From an uncultured Alphaproteobacteria bacterium (GTDB lineage Bacteria > Pseudomonadota > Alphaproteobacteria > Sphingomonadales > Sphingomonadaceae), in NCBI GenBank assembly GCA_963781025.1, contig CAWADU010000001.1:5558-69557 (forward strand): a stretch of DNA of 64,000 bases. The letters are read 5' to 3'. A program made the position numbers and the translations under genes. Positions 9,466 through 20,052 of this stretch are shown one piece after another. The stretch's first letter is position 1. Each line of letters begins with the position of its first letter. A model generated the notes under the pieces. That model was not told the DNA's origin and searched no databases. It saw only the letters and a program-made list of their open reading frames with translations.

Positions 9466-10020
9466 ATGACGGTGATGTCGGACAAATGGATTCGGGCTCA
9501 GGCGCTCGAGAATGGAATGATCGAGCCGTTCGTCGACCGCCAGACCCGCAATGGCTGCATCAGCTATGGTCTCAGTTCCTATGGCTATGACGCGCGGGTG
9601 TCCGACGATTTCAAGATCTTCACCAATGTCGACAATGCTATCGTCGATCCCAAGGATTTCGCGCACAACAGCTTCGTCGATCGCAAGGGGCCGGTGTGCA
9701 TCATCCCGCCCAATTCGTTCATGCTGGCGCGCACTGTTGAATATTTCCGGGTGCCGCGCGACGTTCTGGTCATCTGCCTTGGCAAGTCCACCTATGCCCG
9801 GTGCGGCATCATCGTGAACGTCACGCCGCTGGAGCCGGGGTGGGAGGGCCATGTGACGCTGGAGTTTTCCAATACAACGCCGCTGCCCGCCAAGGTTTAT
9901 GCCAATGAGGGCGCCTGCCAGTTCCTGTTCCTCAAGGGCAACGAGCCCTGCGAGGTGAGCTATGCCGACCGCGCGGGAAAATACATGGGGCAACAGGGCG
10001 TCACCTTGCCGAAACTGTGA
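9466..10020 (+). CDS. dcd: dCTP deaminase
   Basis: 184 aa. MSDKWIRAQ...[14 protein letters not shown]...[27 protein letters not shown]. Confidence 0.93.
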   Translation: MTVMSDKWIRAQALENGMIEPFVDRQTRNGCISYGLSSYGYDARVSDDFKIFTNVDNAIVDPKDFAHNSFVDRKGPVCIIPPNSFMLARTVEYFRVPRDVLVICLGKSTYARCGIIVNVTPLEPGWEGHVTLEFSNTTPLPAKVYANEGACQFLFLKGNEPCEVSYADRAGKYMGQQGVTLPKL

Positions 10021-10922
10021 TGGTGGCGCGCGATCACAGGCGTGACGGTCTGGTCGCCGGTGCAGCGGCCTATCTGCTGTGGGGACTGCTTCCCATCTAT
10101 CTGAAGGCCGTGAAACATGTGCCTTCGGAGGACGTGCTTGCCTATCGAATCCTCTGGTCGCTCGTTCTGTGTGGGCTCATTGCGTCGCTGTTCAGGGGAT
10201 TGCCGGGGACATGGGCGGTCTTGCGCGATCGACGCCGGCTGGGGCTGCTTGCCGTCAGCGCACTGGCGATCGCAATCAACTGGCTGATCTATATCTGGGC
10301 GATCGCGCACGACCATGTGATCGAGGCAAGCCTGGGCTATTTCATCAACCCGCTGATCAGCGTTCTCTTCGGTGTCGTGCTGTTGGACGAAAGGCTGGAT
10401 CGCGCGGGCTGGCTGGCTGTCGCCCTAGCGGCGGCGGGCGTTGCCGTTCTGACGATAGGACAGGGCGCCTTGCCGTGGATATCACTGGGCCTCGCATTCT
10501 CATTTGCGACTTATGGATTGATCCGCAAGCATGTGCCGGTCGAGCCGGTGGTGGGGCTTTTGATTGAAACGCTGATTCTGGCCCCGGTTGCGATGCTGTG
10601 GATCGCCATCCACGGCCATGCCAGTTTCGGGAGGGATCTGACGACCGGTTTGCTGCTGGTCGCAGCGGGTCCGGTCACGGCCGTGCCGTTGATGCTCTTT
10701 GCCTTTGCCGCGCAGCGGTTGCCGCTCACCACCATCGGGCTGATGCAATATGGCGCCCCGACGCTCGCGTTCCTGCTCGGCGTATTCGTGTATCATGAAC
10801 CGCTCGGCTGGCCGCAGCTTGTTGCATTCGGCTGCATATGGGCCGGTCTTGCCATTTTTGCGGCGGGCGGCATTCATCAGGCACGTCGGAGAGCGCTGGC
10901 GCAAGCCGCCGCGCTTCGCTAA
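10017..10922 (+). CDS. rarD: EamA/RarD family transporter
   Basis: 301 aa with about 10 TM segments and the RarD-type N-terminus [13 protein letters not shown]. The start overlaps the dcd stop (GTG 10017 or ATG 10020). Confidence 0.85.
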   Translation: MMVARDHRRDGLVAGAAAYLLWGLLPIYLKAVKHVPSEDVLAYRILWSLVLCGLIASLFRGLPGTWAVLRDRRRLGLLAVSALAIAINWLIYIWAIAHDHVIEASLGYFINPLISVLFGVVLLDERLDRAGWLAVALAAAGVAVLTIGQGALPWISLGLAFSFATYGLIRKHVPVEPVVGLLIETLILAPVAMLWIAIHGHASFGRDLTTGLLLVAAGPVTAVPLMLFAFAAQRLPLTTIGLMQYGAPTLAFLLGVFVYHEPLGWPQLVAFGCIWAGLAIFAAGGIHQARRRALAQAAALR

Positions 10923-10934
10923 ACCACGGGTCAC

Positions 10935-12217
<1,283 letters not shown>

Positions 12218-12221
<4 letters not shown>

Positions 12222-12610
12222 CGCGGCTCTGGGCTCAGGATGCTGATGACGCAGCGGTGATTTCCGCGCTGATGCAGGACGCGTGTGTCCGGCCCGAGGA
12301 AGTGCATTTCGACAGGGCGACGAGGCGCATCGTCGTCATGGCAAGCCGGTTCTGCTGGGAGGAAAAGGAACCCCAGCGGGTGCGCGCCGCACTCCGCATC
12401 GAAAGCGTGACCGCCGCGCGTCGGCGCAACTGGCCCGAAAAGCCGGAAATCCCGCTGGAGTTGCTGGCGCTAGGCGTCGATGATCAGGCCGTTGCGCTTC
12501 ATTTCGCCGGAGGAGCGGAAATCGCAATCGATGTCGAATGTATCGACCTGATCCTTGAGGATCTCGGCATTCCGCACCCGGCGCTCACCCGGCCGCAGCA
12601 CCGCGAATAA
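12218..12610 (+). CDS. DUF2948 family protein
   Basis: 130 aa with an ATGA overlap onto mur[20 protein letters not shown]...FCWEE is typical of the conserved murA-downstream gene in Alphaproteobacteria. Confidence 0.8.
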
Positions 12611-12611
12611 T

Positions 12612-15600
12612 CTAGCGTCCCAGCAGCACCCGTGCCTGGCTGGAAATCTGGGCCAGCATGGTCGGCGTGACGTTCGCCTGCATACGAGCGCGGCCCACGA
12701 GCGAGCGAAACTGCTCGACACGATTGGCGTGTTCGCCAAGCCAGGCGCCGACGGCCGCTTGAGGCTTCGTTCCCTTAACGACGATACGACGAAGCAGATC
12801 GATACGGAGCTGTTCAAAGTCGCGGATCAGGCCGGCCACAAGCAGCCGTTCCCAGGGGTCCGCCGGATCCAGCGCCAGGGCGGTGCCCTTGGCCCAATCC
12901 AGCCCCAATGCCTCGCCCAGCAGCGCATAAGCATGCGCCATCGCCACTTCGCTGCCGCCTGCGCCCAGCGAAGCGCAGAGGTCGGCGATGCCCAGGGCCC
13001 CGTCCAACGCGTTCAGTTCGACGATCTGGTCCGCCAGCGCTTCCGGCGCGGACAGCTTGAGCAGATGCGTGCGCAAGGCATCGGCCTGGGCGCGGCTGTT
13101 GTCACGCAGCAGCTCGTGGATTTGCTGCCTCATGTTTTCGAGGCCGGTTTTCAATCGCTTGCACGAGGCGCTGGGTTTCGCGCCGGACGGCAGAATGCGT
13201 ATGAGGTCGGCGACGTGGAGCCGCACCGCAGCCGCCACGGCGTCGTGCAGCGACAGTTCGGCCGCCGCCTCGACCGGCGCGTTCTCAATCGCCTTCCACA
13301 ATCCGGGGAGGTCGAACAGCGCCTCGGCCGTCGCATAGGCGCTGGCGACATGGGCCAGCGCACAACCTTCTTCCTCGGCAAGTGCAAACGGCAGGATGAT
13401 GCCGCTGCGATTGATCATCCGGTTGGCCAGTTTGGTTGCGATGATTTCACGCTTCAGCCGATGCGCGTGGATCGCCTTGTCGAAACGATCGACCATCAAT
13501 CCGGGAAAAGCCGCCAGCAGGGTGGGCTCAAGCGCGGTGTCGTCGCTGAAATTGCTTCCCTCGATCGCGTCCTGCAACGCCAGCTTCGCATAGGCGAGCA
13601 GCACGGCCAGTTCCGGACGTTCAAGGCCCCGCCCGTCGCGGATGCGGGCGCCGAGCTGTTCGTCGTCGGGCAGGCCTTCGACCGCGCGGTCCAGCCTGCC
13701 GGATGCTTCCAGTGTCTGGATCACCCGCTGATAGGATGGCAAGGCCCAGTTGCCGCCGCGTTCGGCCAGCGAGAGCGCAAGCGTCTGCAGGCGGTTGTCG
13801 CGAAGCACCAGCGCCGCGACGTCCTCCGTCATTTCGCGCAACAGCGCATTGCGATCATCGAAGGCGAGGCGCTTCGCCGCCATTTCGGCATTGAGAGCGA
13901 TCTTGATGTTGACCTCGTTGTCGGAACAGTCGACGCCCGCCGAATTGTCGATGAAGTCGGTATTGATGCGTCCGCCGCGCGCCGCATATTCGATGCGCCC
14001 CGCCTGGGTCACGCCCAGATTGGCGCCTTCGCCGACCACACGCGCGCGAATGTCGCGGCCATTGATCCTGTGCGCGTCATTGGCCCGGTCGCCCACTTCG
14101 GCGTTGGTTTCGCCCGCTCCTTTGACGTAGGTGCCGATGCCGCCGAACCAGAGCAGGTCGACTCTGGCCTTCAGGATCGCTTCGATCAGGGCCGACGGGC
14201 CAAGGCTGTCGGCGTCCAGGCCCAGAAGCGCCTTGACCTCTGGCGACAGGGGAATGTCCTTTTGCGTACGCGGGAAAACGCCGCCGCCCTTCGAGATCAG
14301 CTTAGCCTCATAGTCCGCCCAGGAGGAACGGGGCAGCTCGAACAGGCGCTTGCGTTCCGCCCAGCTTGAAGCCGGATCGGGGTCCGGATCGAGGAAAATA
14401 TGGCGATAGTCGAATGCGGCAACCAGCCGAAGCACCTTCGACAACAGCATGCCGTTGCCGAACACGTCGCCGGACATGTCGCCTATTCCCGCGACCGTCA
14501 CCGGGTCTTTTTGAACATCGATGCCAATTTCCGCGAAATGACGCTGGACCGAAATCCATGCGCCCTTGGCGGTGATGCCCATCGCTTTATGGTCGTATCC
14601 GTAGGAGCCGCCGCTGGCGAAGGCGTCACCCAGCCAGAATCCCTGATCCAGCGCGATCGCATTGGCGACGTCCGAAAAGCTGGCCGTGCCCTTGTCGGCG
14701 GCAACGACGAAATAAGGATCGTCGCCATCGCCGATCACGACGTGGCCAGGGTGGACGACCTTGCCCTCCACGATGTTGTCGGTCAGCGACAACAGCGCGC
14801 GCATGAAGATGCGATAGGCTTCGGTGCCTTCCGTCATCCAGGCGTCGCGGTCAGTGGGCGGCGGCAATTGTTTGGCATAGAACCCGCCCTTGGCGCCCGT
14901 CGGCACGATGACGGCGTTCTTCACCACCTGCGCCTTCATCAGGCCGAGAATTTCGGTCCTGAAGTCGTCGCGCCGGTCGGACCAGCGGATGCCGCCGCGT
15001 GCGATCGGGCCGCCGCGAAGGTGAATGCCCTCCACGCGCGGCGAATAGACGAACATTTCACGCCAGGGCACCGGCGCGGGAAGCCCCGGTATCGCCTTGC
15101 TGTCCAGCTTCATCGCAAGTGCTTCGGGTCCGCCCGGGACATAGGCGTTGGTCCTGAGCGTCGCCCGGATAATGGCCAGGAAACGACGCAATATGCCGTC
15201 GTCGTCGATCGCCGTGACGTTAGTCAGTTCGGACTTCACGAGCCGTTCGGTGTTCGCGATCGCGGATTTGCGATCCTTTGCCAGACGATCGGGATCGTGC
15301 ATCGCCTCGAACAGGCCGACCAGCGCGCGCGCAAGCGCCGGGTGCCGGCCAAGCGCATCCGCCACCGTCTGCATGCCATAGGCGCTTCCCGTCTGCCGCA
15401 GATAGCGGAACCATGCGCGAAAGAGCTGGATGGCGAAGGCATCGAGCCCGGCCCCGGCGATCAGCGCATTAAAGGGATCATTCTCTGCCTGGCCCGCCAA
15501 CACCGCACGAATCGCGGGTTCCATTACCGGCGCCAGGCTGTCCGGCGCGACGGGCCCATTCTGGCTTTCCACCAGAAAGTCGTGAATCCACCCGTGGCCG

Positions 15601-17312
15601 CCATTGTCGAGGTCGAACGGAAATTCCTCGATCACCCGGAAACCGAAATTCTCGAGGACCGGCACCGCGTCCGACAGCGGAATGATCTCGCGCAGCCGAT
15701 AAATCTTCAGGCGCAACTGATGCGGTTGGTCATTCGCCAGCCGGTAGAGACGCACATCACGGTCCTGCGCGTCCGAAAGCGCAGCAAGCCGTTGTATATC
15801 CTCGGCGGCTTCCTCCGCGCCGAACTGACTGCGATAGGATTGGCTGAAAGCGGTGCCATGGCTGAGCGCCAGCCGCGCCGCGCGCACGGCGCCAACCTTA
15901 GAGGCAAGCGCAGCCTCTACCGCCGTGCTCCAGCCGCGAATCATTTCCTGCAACTGCGCATCGAGCGCTTCGGCGTCGATCTCCCGATCGCGGGAATGGC
16001 GGATGACAAAGCGGAGCGCGATCAGCGCATCCTCTCCCATCGTCGCGGCCCAGCCGTCCAGGCTGCCGTCCACCAGGCGGGTTGCCAGCGCCGCGATTGC
16101 CGTGCGCCGTTGCGACGAAAACTCATCGCGCGGCAGCCACGCCAGCACCGTCGTATATCGGCACAGCGGATCGCGCATCGTCTTTGCCTTGGGACGCGGC
16201 CGGTCGATCAACGACATGGCGGTTAGCGCAAGATCGTGCAGCTCGGCGTCGTCCATCTCGAACAGCAGATCGCGCGGCAGTTGGCCAATGGCGTGAGAAA
16301 GAGCCTTTGCGGCATGGCTTGCCGGCGCGAAATCGAGCGCAGCGGCGAGGCGGGCGACCCGCTCGGCAAGAAGCGGCACGCTGCCGGGGGGCGACGACAG
16401 GGCCTGGCTGGTGAACAGGCCGGCGTAGTTGGATATGCCCCGCAGATGTCCGGACGCATCGCGTAGCGGCAGGGCGATAACGTCCATCCGCGTGCGCCGG
16501 TGGACGGTGGAAACGCGGTCGGCCTTTATGATCAGCAACGGCAGCCGGGGGTCGTGCAGCGCGTCGAGCGCCGCCCTCGCCGACTGGCGATCATTGAGCA
16601 GTGTGAGCGAGCCGCCGTCGGTCAGCATCCCGAGACCGCCGCTGGGATCGCTTCCATCGGCGTGAATTTCACTGTGGCCAAGCAGGGTGAAATTGTCCGC
16701 CGCGAGCCATGCCAGAAAAGTCTTGGCCCTGGGATCGGCTGTCGCCGCGATATCCGCGTCAAGCCGGGCGAGCATCGGCTTCCAGTCGCGGACCGCGGCG
16801 CGCACGTCCGCTAGTGCTTCGTCGATTTCCTTTGCGAGCCTGACGCGGGTGCGCGCGTCGGCACGTTCGATCTCGAAGAACATCAACGATTCGCGCAGGC
16901 CGTCGACGGCGGAACCCGGCTGATGGAGTTTGGCCGAGCGAAGCATCCCCTCGCCGGTGCGATCGGCATCGATGACGGGATGGAGAAGCCGTTCGATCGC
17001 AAGTCCGTGCGCGGTGATTGCGCCTGCAACCGAATCCACGAGAAAGGGCATGTCGTCCGAATTGACGGCCACCCAGCTCAACCGCTTGCCGTTGCGGGTG
17101 CCGCCATTGCCGACCTGGATCGCGGGCCTTCCCGCGGGTCGTTGCCGTATCGTATCGGCCACGAAAGCGGACATTTCCTGCAGCCGCTCTTCGTCGAGCC
17201 CATCCAGTTCACCGGGCAAGGCGTGGCTGGTGAGCGCATCGGCCAGCGCCCTCTTCAACTGGGTGCTGGTCACGCTTTTGCTTTCCTGTGCGGCCGTGGC
17301 CGACATATCCAC
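12612..17312 (-). CDS. gdhB: NAD-specific glutamate dehydrogenase, large (about 180 kDa) class
   Basis: Uninterrupted 1566-aa ORF. The catalytic region (GGIRWSDR...KGGF...VVAADKGTA...GYDHKAMGITA) is characteristic of the giant NAD-GDH family. Confidence 0.92.
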   Translation of the reverse strand: MDMSATAAQESKSVTSTQLKRALADALTSHALPGELDGLDEERLQEMSAFVADTIRQRPAGRPAIQVGNGGTRNGKRLSWVAVNSDDMPFLVDSVAGAITAHGLAIERLLHPVIDADRTGEGMLRSAKLHQPGSAVDGLRESLMFFEIERADARTRVRLAKEIDEALADVRAAVRDWKPMLARLDADIAATADPRAKTFLAWLAADNFTLLGHSEIHADGSDPSGGLGMLTDGGSLTLLNDRQSARAALDALHDPRLPLLIIKADRVSTVHRRTRMDVIALPLRDASGHLRGISNYAGLFTSQALSSPPGSVPLLAERVARLAAALDFAPASHAAKALSHAIGQLPRDLLFEMDDAELHDLALTAMSLIDRPRPKAKTMRDPLCRYTTVLAWLPRDEFSSQRRTAIAALATRLVDGSLDGWAATMGEDALIALRFVIRHSRDREIDAEALDAQLQEMIRGWSTAVEAALASKVGAVRAARLALSHGTAFSQSYRSQFGAEEAAEDIQRLAALSDAQDRDVRLYRLANDQPHQLRLKIYRLREIIPLSDAVPVLENFGFRVIEEFPFDLDNGGHGWIHDFLVESQNGPVAPDSLAPVMEPAIRAVLAGQAENDPFNALIAGAGLDAFAIQLFRAWFRYLRQTGSAYGMQTVADALGRHPALARALVGLFEAMHDPDRLAKDRKSAIANTERLVKSELTNVTAIDDDGILRRFLAIIRATLRTNAYVPGGPEALAMKLDSKAIPGLPAPVPWREMFVYSPRVEGIHLRGGPIARGGIRWSDRRDDFRTEILGLMKAQVVKNAVIVPTGAKGGFYAKQLPPPTDRDAWMTEGTEAYRIFMRALLSLTDNIVEGKVVHPGHVVIGDGDDPYFVVAADKGTASFSDVANAIALDQGFWLGDAFASGGSYGYDHKAMGITAKGAWISVQRHFAEIGIDVQKDPVTVAGIGDMSGDVFGNGMLLSKVLRLVAAFDYRHIFLDPDPDPASSWAERKRLFELPRSSWADYEAKLISKGGGVFPRTQKDIPLSPEVKALLGLDADSLGPSALIEAILKARVDLLWFGGIGTYVKGAGETNAEVGDRANDAHRINGRDIRARVVGEGANLGVTQAGRIEYAARGGRINTDFIDNSAGVDCSDNEVNIKIALNAEMAAKRLAFDDRNALLREMTEDVAALVLRDNRLQTLALSLAERGGNWALPSYQRVIQTLEASGRLDRAVEGLPDDEQLGARIRDGRGLERPELAVLLAYAKLALQDAIEGSNFSDDTALEPTLLAAFPGLMVDRFDKAIHAHRLKREIIATKLANRMINRSGIILPFALAEEEGCALAHVASAYATAEALFDLPGLWKAIENAPVEAAAELSLHDAVAAAVRLHVADLIRILPSGAKPSASCKRLKTGLENMRQQIHELLRDNSRAQADALRTHLLKLSAPEALADQIVELNALDGALGIADLCASLGAGGSEVAMAHAYALLGEALGLDWAKGTALALDPADPWERLLVAGLIRDFEQLRIDLLRRIVVKGTKPQAAVGAWLGEHANRVEQFRSLVGRARMQANVTPTMLAQISSQARVLLGR

Positions 17313-17349
17313 TCCGTCGGCGTGCGGTTCTCAGCGTGCCGGCTAGAAG

Positions 17350-18639
17350 TTATGCGTCGCCTTGATGACCGGCGCAAGACAGCGAAAGCACGGCCTTTTC
17401 CAGCAACGCGCTATTGTGAGGCACGCTGTCAATGATCGCCAGGCCGGAATGCGGGTCGCGCCGCGCGACGAGGAGAACAAATTCCTCATCTCCGGGCGGG
17501 GTCATCTCGATACGAGCGGCCGCCGGCGCCATCCGCAGCCGTTCGCGGGCCACGATGCTGCGCGTCTCGCGTATCGATTCGGCCGGACGACGGATTGCGC
17601 GTTCGGCCGCGACAACGCCCTTGATGCCGCCGTCATAGCTTTCGAGAAGCGCCTGCAGATGCCCCACCTTCACGCCGTTGCGGGCGGCATAGGACAGGGC
17701 GGCGGCAAATTCGGTCAGCCGGGTCTTGTCGTAATGGGTGCCGAAGACGAGCTTCACGATCGGCGTCATCGGTGCGCGCGCCTGCGCTGTCAGGCCGGCA
17801 TCCTCCAGAAGATCGGCATAGCCATCGGGGTTGTGCTCGGTGACGAGGTAGAAATCATAGGCAAGCGACAGGGCGCGGTAGAGCGCGGCGCGTGAACGCC
17901 CGGCGGCGGCATTCGCCGCATCGGCTCCTTCGCGGGCGCTGGCGAGGCGGTCGGCAAGCTCGTCCTCCGGTGAGGATGCCGCGTCGCGGGTTGCCGCCGA
18001 AAGCCTCGTTGCGCTGGGTCCGTCGGCCCAGACGGGGGCGGGCATGGTGGGCGAAGTCGCCGAATCAGCGGAGAAGCCGCTCATCTGCGCGGTCAGTTCG
18101 GCGACGATGTCGTCTTGCACCAGTTCCTTCCAATTGATTACGCCATAGACGAAATCAATGGTCGAACCATCCGACGACAATGGCATCAATATGCCGCGAT
18201 ACATGGTGTTGTTGTTGCGCTGGTTGGCGAATTCAGCCTCGAAGCCGATGGGCGCACGATTCGCGACGATCTGGAAATAGTGATCCGTCAGGCGGGACAG
18301 CAGCGATCGGCTGGGCACATCCGCTATGGTCTTCATCCGCTGATCGATGCCGCCTTCATCGCGCAGCGCCTGACCGACATAGGCGATGGCCGGAACCATG
18401 GCATCGCTCGTGAAGTCCAGCAGCACGCTGTGCGGTCCGAAATCCTGCAGGCTGGCCGGGTCCAGATCGGAAACCGAAGGGAACGCGCGGCCGCGCAGCA
18501 GCGACACCCAATAATTATAGGCGCGCACATGCATGCGGCGCTCGTCGGTGCCGACGTCGGGAGGCGTGTCATAGGCAGGTTCGGTCAGTTCGAGCACTTC
18601 ATCGGCCGGTTCTGTTTCCGAACGGTCCAGGCGATCCAT
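17350..18639 (-). CDS. hypothetical protein with N-terminal PAS_5/DUF1457-like domain and uncharacterised C-terminal half
   Basis: 429 aa. RAYNYWVSLLRGRAFPSVSDLDPASLQDFGPHSVLLDF...YRGILMPLSS resembles the PAS_5 fold family. An Ala/Ser-rich linker follows, then an unrecognised domain. Confidence 0.75.
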   Translation of the reverse strand: MDRLDRSETEPADEVLELTEPAYDTPPDVGTDERRMHVRAYNYWVSLLRGRAFPSVSDLDPASLQDFGPHSVLLDFTSDAMVPAIAYVGQALRDEGGIDQRMKTIADVPSRSLLSRLTDHYFQIVANRAPIGFEAEFANQRNNNTMYRGILMPLSSDGSTIDFVYGVINWKELVQDDIVAELTAQMSGFSADSATSPTMPAPVWADGPSATRLSAATRDAASSPEDELADRLASAREGADAANAAAGRSRAALYRALSLAYDFYLVTEHNPDGYADLLEDAGLTAQARAPMTPIVKLVFGTHYDKTRLTEFAAALSYAARNGVKVGHLQALLESYDGGIKGVVAAERAIRRPAESIRETRSIVARERLRMAPAAARIEMTPPGDEEFVLLVARRDPHSGLAIIDSVPHNSALLEKAVLSLSCAGHQGDA

Positions 18640-18808
18640 CGATTAATCCCAATAATAAAGCACGACGCCAGTGGCGACTATGCAGCGATCATGGTTGCCA
18701 AAGCATTAAGTCGGCGGCGGCACGAAAAAGCTGTTTTCGGTTCGTGGAGCGGTCGACAAAGGCTTGTCTTGACGCGCAAGCACTGATATGCGCCCGCATT
18801 CTTCGAGC

Positions 18809-18885
18809 GCCGCTTTAGCTCAGCTGGTAGAGCACATCATTCGTAATGATGGGGTCACAGGTTCGAAGTCCTGTAAGCGGCACCA
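18809..18885 (+). tRNA. tRNA-Thr (anticodon CGT), 77 nt including CCA
   Basis: GCCGCTT acceptor stem pairs with AAGCGGC. Anticodon arm is CATCA-TTCGTAA-TGATG. The T arm ACAGG-TTCGAAGT-CCTGT has an 8-nt loop, one more than the canonical 7. Confidence 0.88.
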
Positions 18886-18967
18886 GGCCCCTAAGGGGCT
18901 AAGATCCCAAGAGAAGCGCAGTTCCGAGGCCTTTGTCCTTCCGCAAGGGCGCGGCCCTGGGAGGTCG

Positions 18968-19120
18968 TCATGCGCCCAACAGATCGCGTTTTATCGGGTA
19001 GGTGCAGCCCGACCACCATTGCACCACATAAAGCGCATTGCCGCTGTCGACATAAACGTCGTGCGGGTGTTGAAACACGTAACAGCCGGCCCGCACGGAT
19101 GACTTTTCGAGGTCAGGCAT
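18968..19120 (-). CDS. hypothetical micro-protein (50 aa)
   Basis: MPDLEKSSVRAGCYVFQHPHDVYVDSGNALYVVQWWSGCTYPIKRDLLGA, with AGGA 8-12 nt upstream of the ATG. Taken from within track ORF 18968..19309. No family recognised. Confidence 0.3.
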   Translation of the reverse strand: MPDLEKSSVRAGCYVFQHPHDVYVDSGNALYVVQWWSGCTYPIKRDLLGA

Positions 19121-19161
19121 CTTCTGTATCCTGCGGCAAGGCGAGGGGCGGAGGATGGCGT

Positions 19162-19431
19162 ATGATGCTGGATCCGACACGTCCGCACTGGGTGCCGGCC
19201 GTGGTGGCGCCCCGTCGCGATTGGACGGGCATGCCGGGATGCCATCGCGGCGCCAGATTCCTGATCGACGAGAGCAGCCTGCGGCCCGCGCGAACGGGCT
19301 ATCCGGCATTCGACAGCCGGGCTGAGTGCCTGCGCTGGATCATGGCGCATCGTTCGGCGCTGGCGCGCAATGCGCCCGATACGGCGGTCGTGCCGGTCGA
19401 CCTTGCCTGCTGGCTGCTTGGACTGGACTGA
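19162..19431 (+). CDS. hypothetical protein (89 aa)
   Basis: Internal ATG of ORF 18970..19431, preceded by GGAGGA. MMLDPTRPHWVPAVV...YPAFDSRAECLRWIMAHRSALARN... No family recognised. Confidence 0.45.
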   Translation: MMLDPTRPHWVPAVVAPRRDWTGMPGCHRGARFLIDESSLRPARTGYPAFDSRAECLRWIMAHRSALARNAPDTAVVPVDLACWLLGLD

Positions 19432-19443
19432 CCCGGATCGGCG

Positions 19444-20052
19444 TCAGGCGGCGAAGTCGCGCGCGAGTTCCTCGCGCACTTCGGGGCCCAATATGGTGAG
19501 GTGCGCGTAACGCGGATCGTCGCAGCCGAGCATCACCTGCACCGAAGGATCGCGGAACGCGGCGATCTGTGCCCGGCTGAATTGAAAACGCAGGAAGTGG
19601 ACCGAAGAGGTCTTGCCGTCCTCCCGGCTGCGTTCGATATCCGTCTCCGGCACGCCGTCTACGCGATCCTTGTCCAGTTGCAGGCAGAAACGGTATTCGA
19701 CGCCGCCCAAGCCGGCGAGCAGCCTTTCTCGCCGCGCGGGATTGTCGACTTCGAACATCATGGTCGCGACCAGTTCGTCGCCCTTGGGGATGAGAGGATT
19801 ATAGGCAGCCAGTTCATCCGGAAGCTGTGCCGCGCCGCCCTTTTCAACCAGCAGCATCTCCTGAATCTGAAACAGCATGGTTTCATAGCATTCAAAGTAG
19901 AAGGTGCAGTCTGGCCCCAGTGCCACACGGCGCAGCTTCTTGATGGGCAAAAGTTCCGCGCGGCGTTGGCGGCGCATCCGGCCGTACTCGGCGTCGGGAA
20001 TTATGTCTTCGGGGGTTACTTGGCGGGTCGAGGCGGGCATGTCTGATCTCAA
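19444..20052 (-). CDS. DUF3501 family protein
   Basis: 202 aa. RVALGPDCTFYFECYETMLFQIQEMLLVEKGG...MMFEVDNPARRERLLAGLGG. Confidence 0.85.
   Translation of the reverse strand: MRSDMPASTRQVTPEDIIPDAEYGRMRRQRRAELLPIKKLRRVALGPDCTFYFECYETMLFQIQEMLLVEKGGAAQLPDELAAYNPLIPKGDELVATMMFEVDNPARRERLLAGLGGVEYRFCLQLDKDRVDGVPETDIERSREDGKTSSVHFLRFQFSRAQIAAFRDPSVQVMLGCDDPRYAHLTILGPEVREELARDFAA

Noticed and set aside
12555-16226. Two plus-strand ORFs of about 600 aa (12555..14369 and 14400..16226) opposite the NAD-GDH gene.
   Set aside because: They exactly shadow the 1566-aa minus-strand gene. They have Arg/Ala/Gly/Pro-rich low-complexity composition and no motifs. Stop-poor antisense frames are expected in high-GC3 genes, and such shadow ORFs of this very gene family have been mis-annotated before, as I recall.
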